NCBI GenBank assembly: GCA_950097015.1
Contig: CATNEN010000029.1
Span: 8,308,001-8,372,000 of the forward strand
DNA from: Macrostomum hystrix
Lineage: Eukaryota > Animalia > Platyhelminthes
DNA: 64,000 nucleotides
Direction of reading: 5' to 3'
Shown piece after piece: positions 63,401-64,000 of this stretch. Position 1 is the first letter of the stretch. Each line of letters opens with the position of its first letter. The notes under the pieces were generated by a model. The model was given only the letters and a program-made list of their open reading frames with translations, did no database searches and was not told where the DNA came from. A program made the translations under genes and the position numbers.

Positions 63401-64000
63401 GAAAGACTATCAAGGCACAGGAGAATGAAGAAATCGACTAACCGACAATCGCTCCTTTGCGTGCAGATAGCGGAACCGCTGTACGTAGTAGAAGATAAGC
63501 CAGGACAGACTAATAACCATCAGCAGGATGAACGACACGGACACAAACAGCACGGACGTCTTGTTGATAAGGCCGTCCGGTCCGATGGCCCGAAATGTGT
63601 AGCCAACGGTGCAGCTGCGATTCGGCTGCAACAGCTCGGACATCAGCTGGCGCGCCAAGTCAAGCTTCTCATACAGAGCCACAGGCAATGGCGGCGGCGG
63701 CGGTGGCAGCCCGAAGGTGGCAGCCGGTGGAGCAGCAGCGGCAGCAGCGGTGGCCGCAGCCGAGGCCTCCTCTTCAGCCTTGGCGCTGCCAGGCGGAGCA
63801 TTGTAGACAAGCAGCAGAGAGACGTGCGGCACTAGTCGGCGAACAGCTTCAATAGTGGCGCCGACGCCGCAGTCGCCGACGTCAGCGTAGACAACTAGAC
63901 AGTCGGCAGCTCTGGCGGCAGCGAGGGTGACTTCGGGCGTAATCAGGCGGGCGTGGTGGCAGTTGGACCTGCTGACTGACAACGGAAGCAGCACAGCTCC
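51488..64000 (-). CDS. PA-TM-RING-H2 E3 ubiquitin ligase (goliath/RNF130/RNF150 family), 5' part outside the window; exons about 63443-63970(+), 62838-62909, 59734-59816, 55867-56302, 51488-51685
   Basis: Signature [34 protein letters not shown], then [11 protein letters not shown], then RING-H2 CAVCIE...LPC|[26 protein letters not shown] phases 0, 0, 2, 0 are consistent. Confidence 0.92.
51790..52150 (-). mobile_element. tRNA-derived SINE in the last intron of the RING gene
   Basis: Minus strand has the B box GGGTTCGACTCCC, a core cagtctactcagctgcaaatgagtacc, and an (att)-rich tail. Confidence 0.65.
53450..54700. repeat. 16-bp (ctccatRtctgtctgt)n array followed by an 18-bp (ctccatctccctctcagt)n array
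   Basis: Directly visible; both share ctccat. Confidence 0.95.
55520..55775. repeat. Long inverted repeat / foldback MITE-like relic
   Basis: tcgcagtgcatcgaaaact (about 55570) and agttttcgatgcactgcga (about 55700) form a perfect 19-bp inverted pair within imperfect arms of about 65 bp. Confidence 0.75.
56370..59720. repeat. 16-bp minisatellite: (ttccgaaatctcaccc)n grading into (ccatcMgaaatctcaK)n, about 200 units
   Basis: Directly visible; fills nearly the whole intron between the two RING exons. Confidence 0.97.
59945..60235. repeat. 19-bp minisatellite (tgtgaggatctgggatgat)n
   Basis: Directly visible. Confidence 0.95.
60660..62155. repeat. 29-bp minisatellite (cctgacagtctgagRatctggaaggatgt)n
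   Basis: Directly visible; shares tgaggatctgg with the 19-bp array. Confidence 0.96.

Overview
Eukaryotic, intron-containing animal DNA. The GC-rich poly-Ala/Gln exons and minisatellite-packed introns resemble a Macrostomum-type flatworm, but that assignment is inference only. 1-15219 is a 7,736-bp tandem duplication. It carries a luciferase/4CL-like acyl-CoA synthetase gene (minus strand) and a nested transposon stack: three hAT-type MITEs, a GG-ended foldback element and a non-autonomous Helitron with a Pif1 helicase fragment. The right-hand gene copy is truncated in exon 4 where it joins Helitron sequence. 15400-19600 is CpG-depleted DNA with transposon relics (Merlin-like, Gypsy integrase). 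Six genes follow: a 3-exon adenosine kinase; a coiled-coil protein with about 37 KPVEDQEN repeats; a 12-exon KY/hillarin-type pseudo-transglutaminase (about 1215 aa) with an MGC acylation motif and a dynein-MTBD-like C-terminus; an intronless 615-aa orphan ORF; an unidentified minus-strand gene containing 10-, 13- and 11-nt microexons; and a PA-TM-RING-H2 (goliath/RNF130/RNF150-type) E3 ligase running off the right end. Most long ORFs in the track are artefacts of intronic minisatellites, which often occur as sequence-related neighbouring pairs. All gene models were assembled by hand from splice signals and phase; no database search was run.
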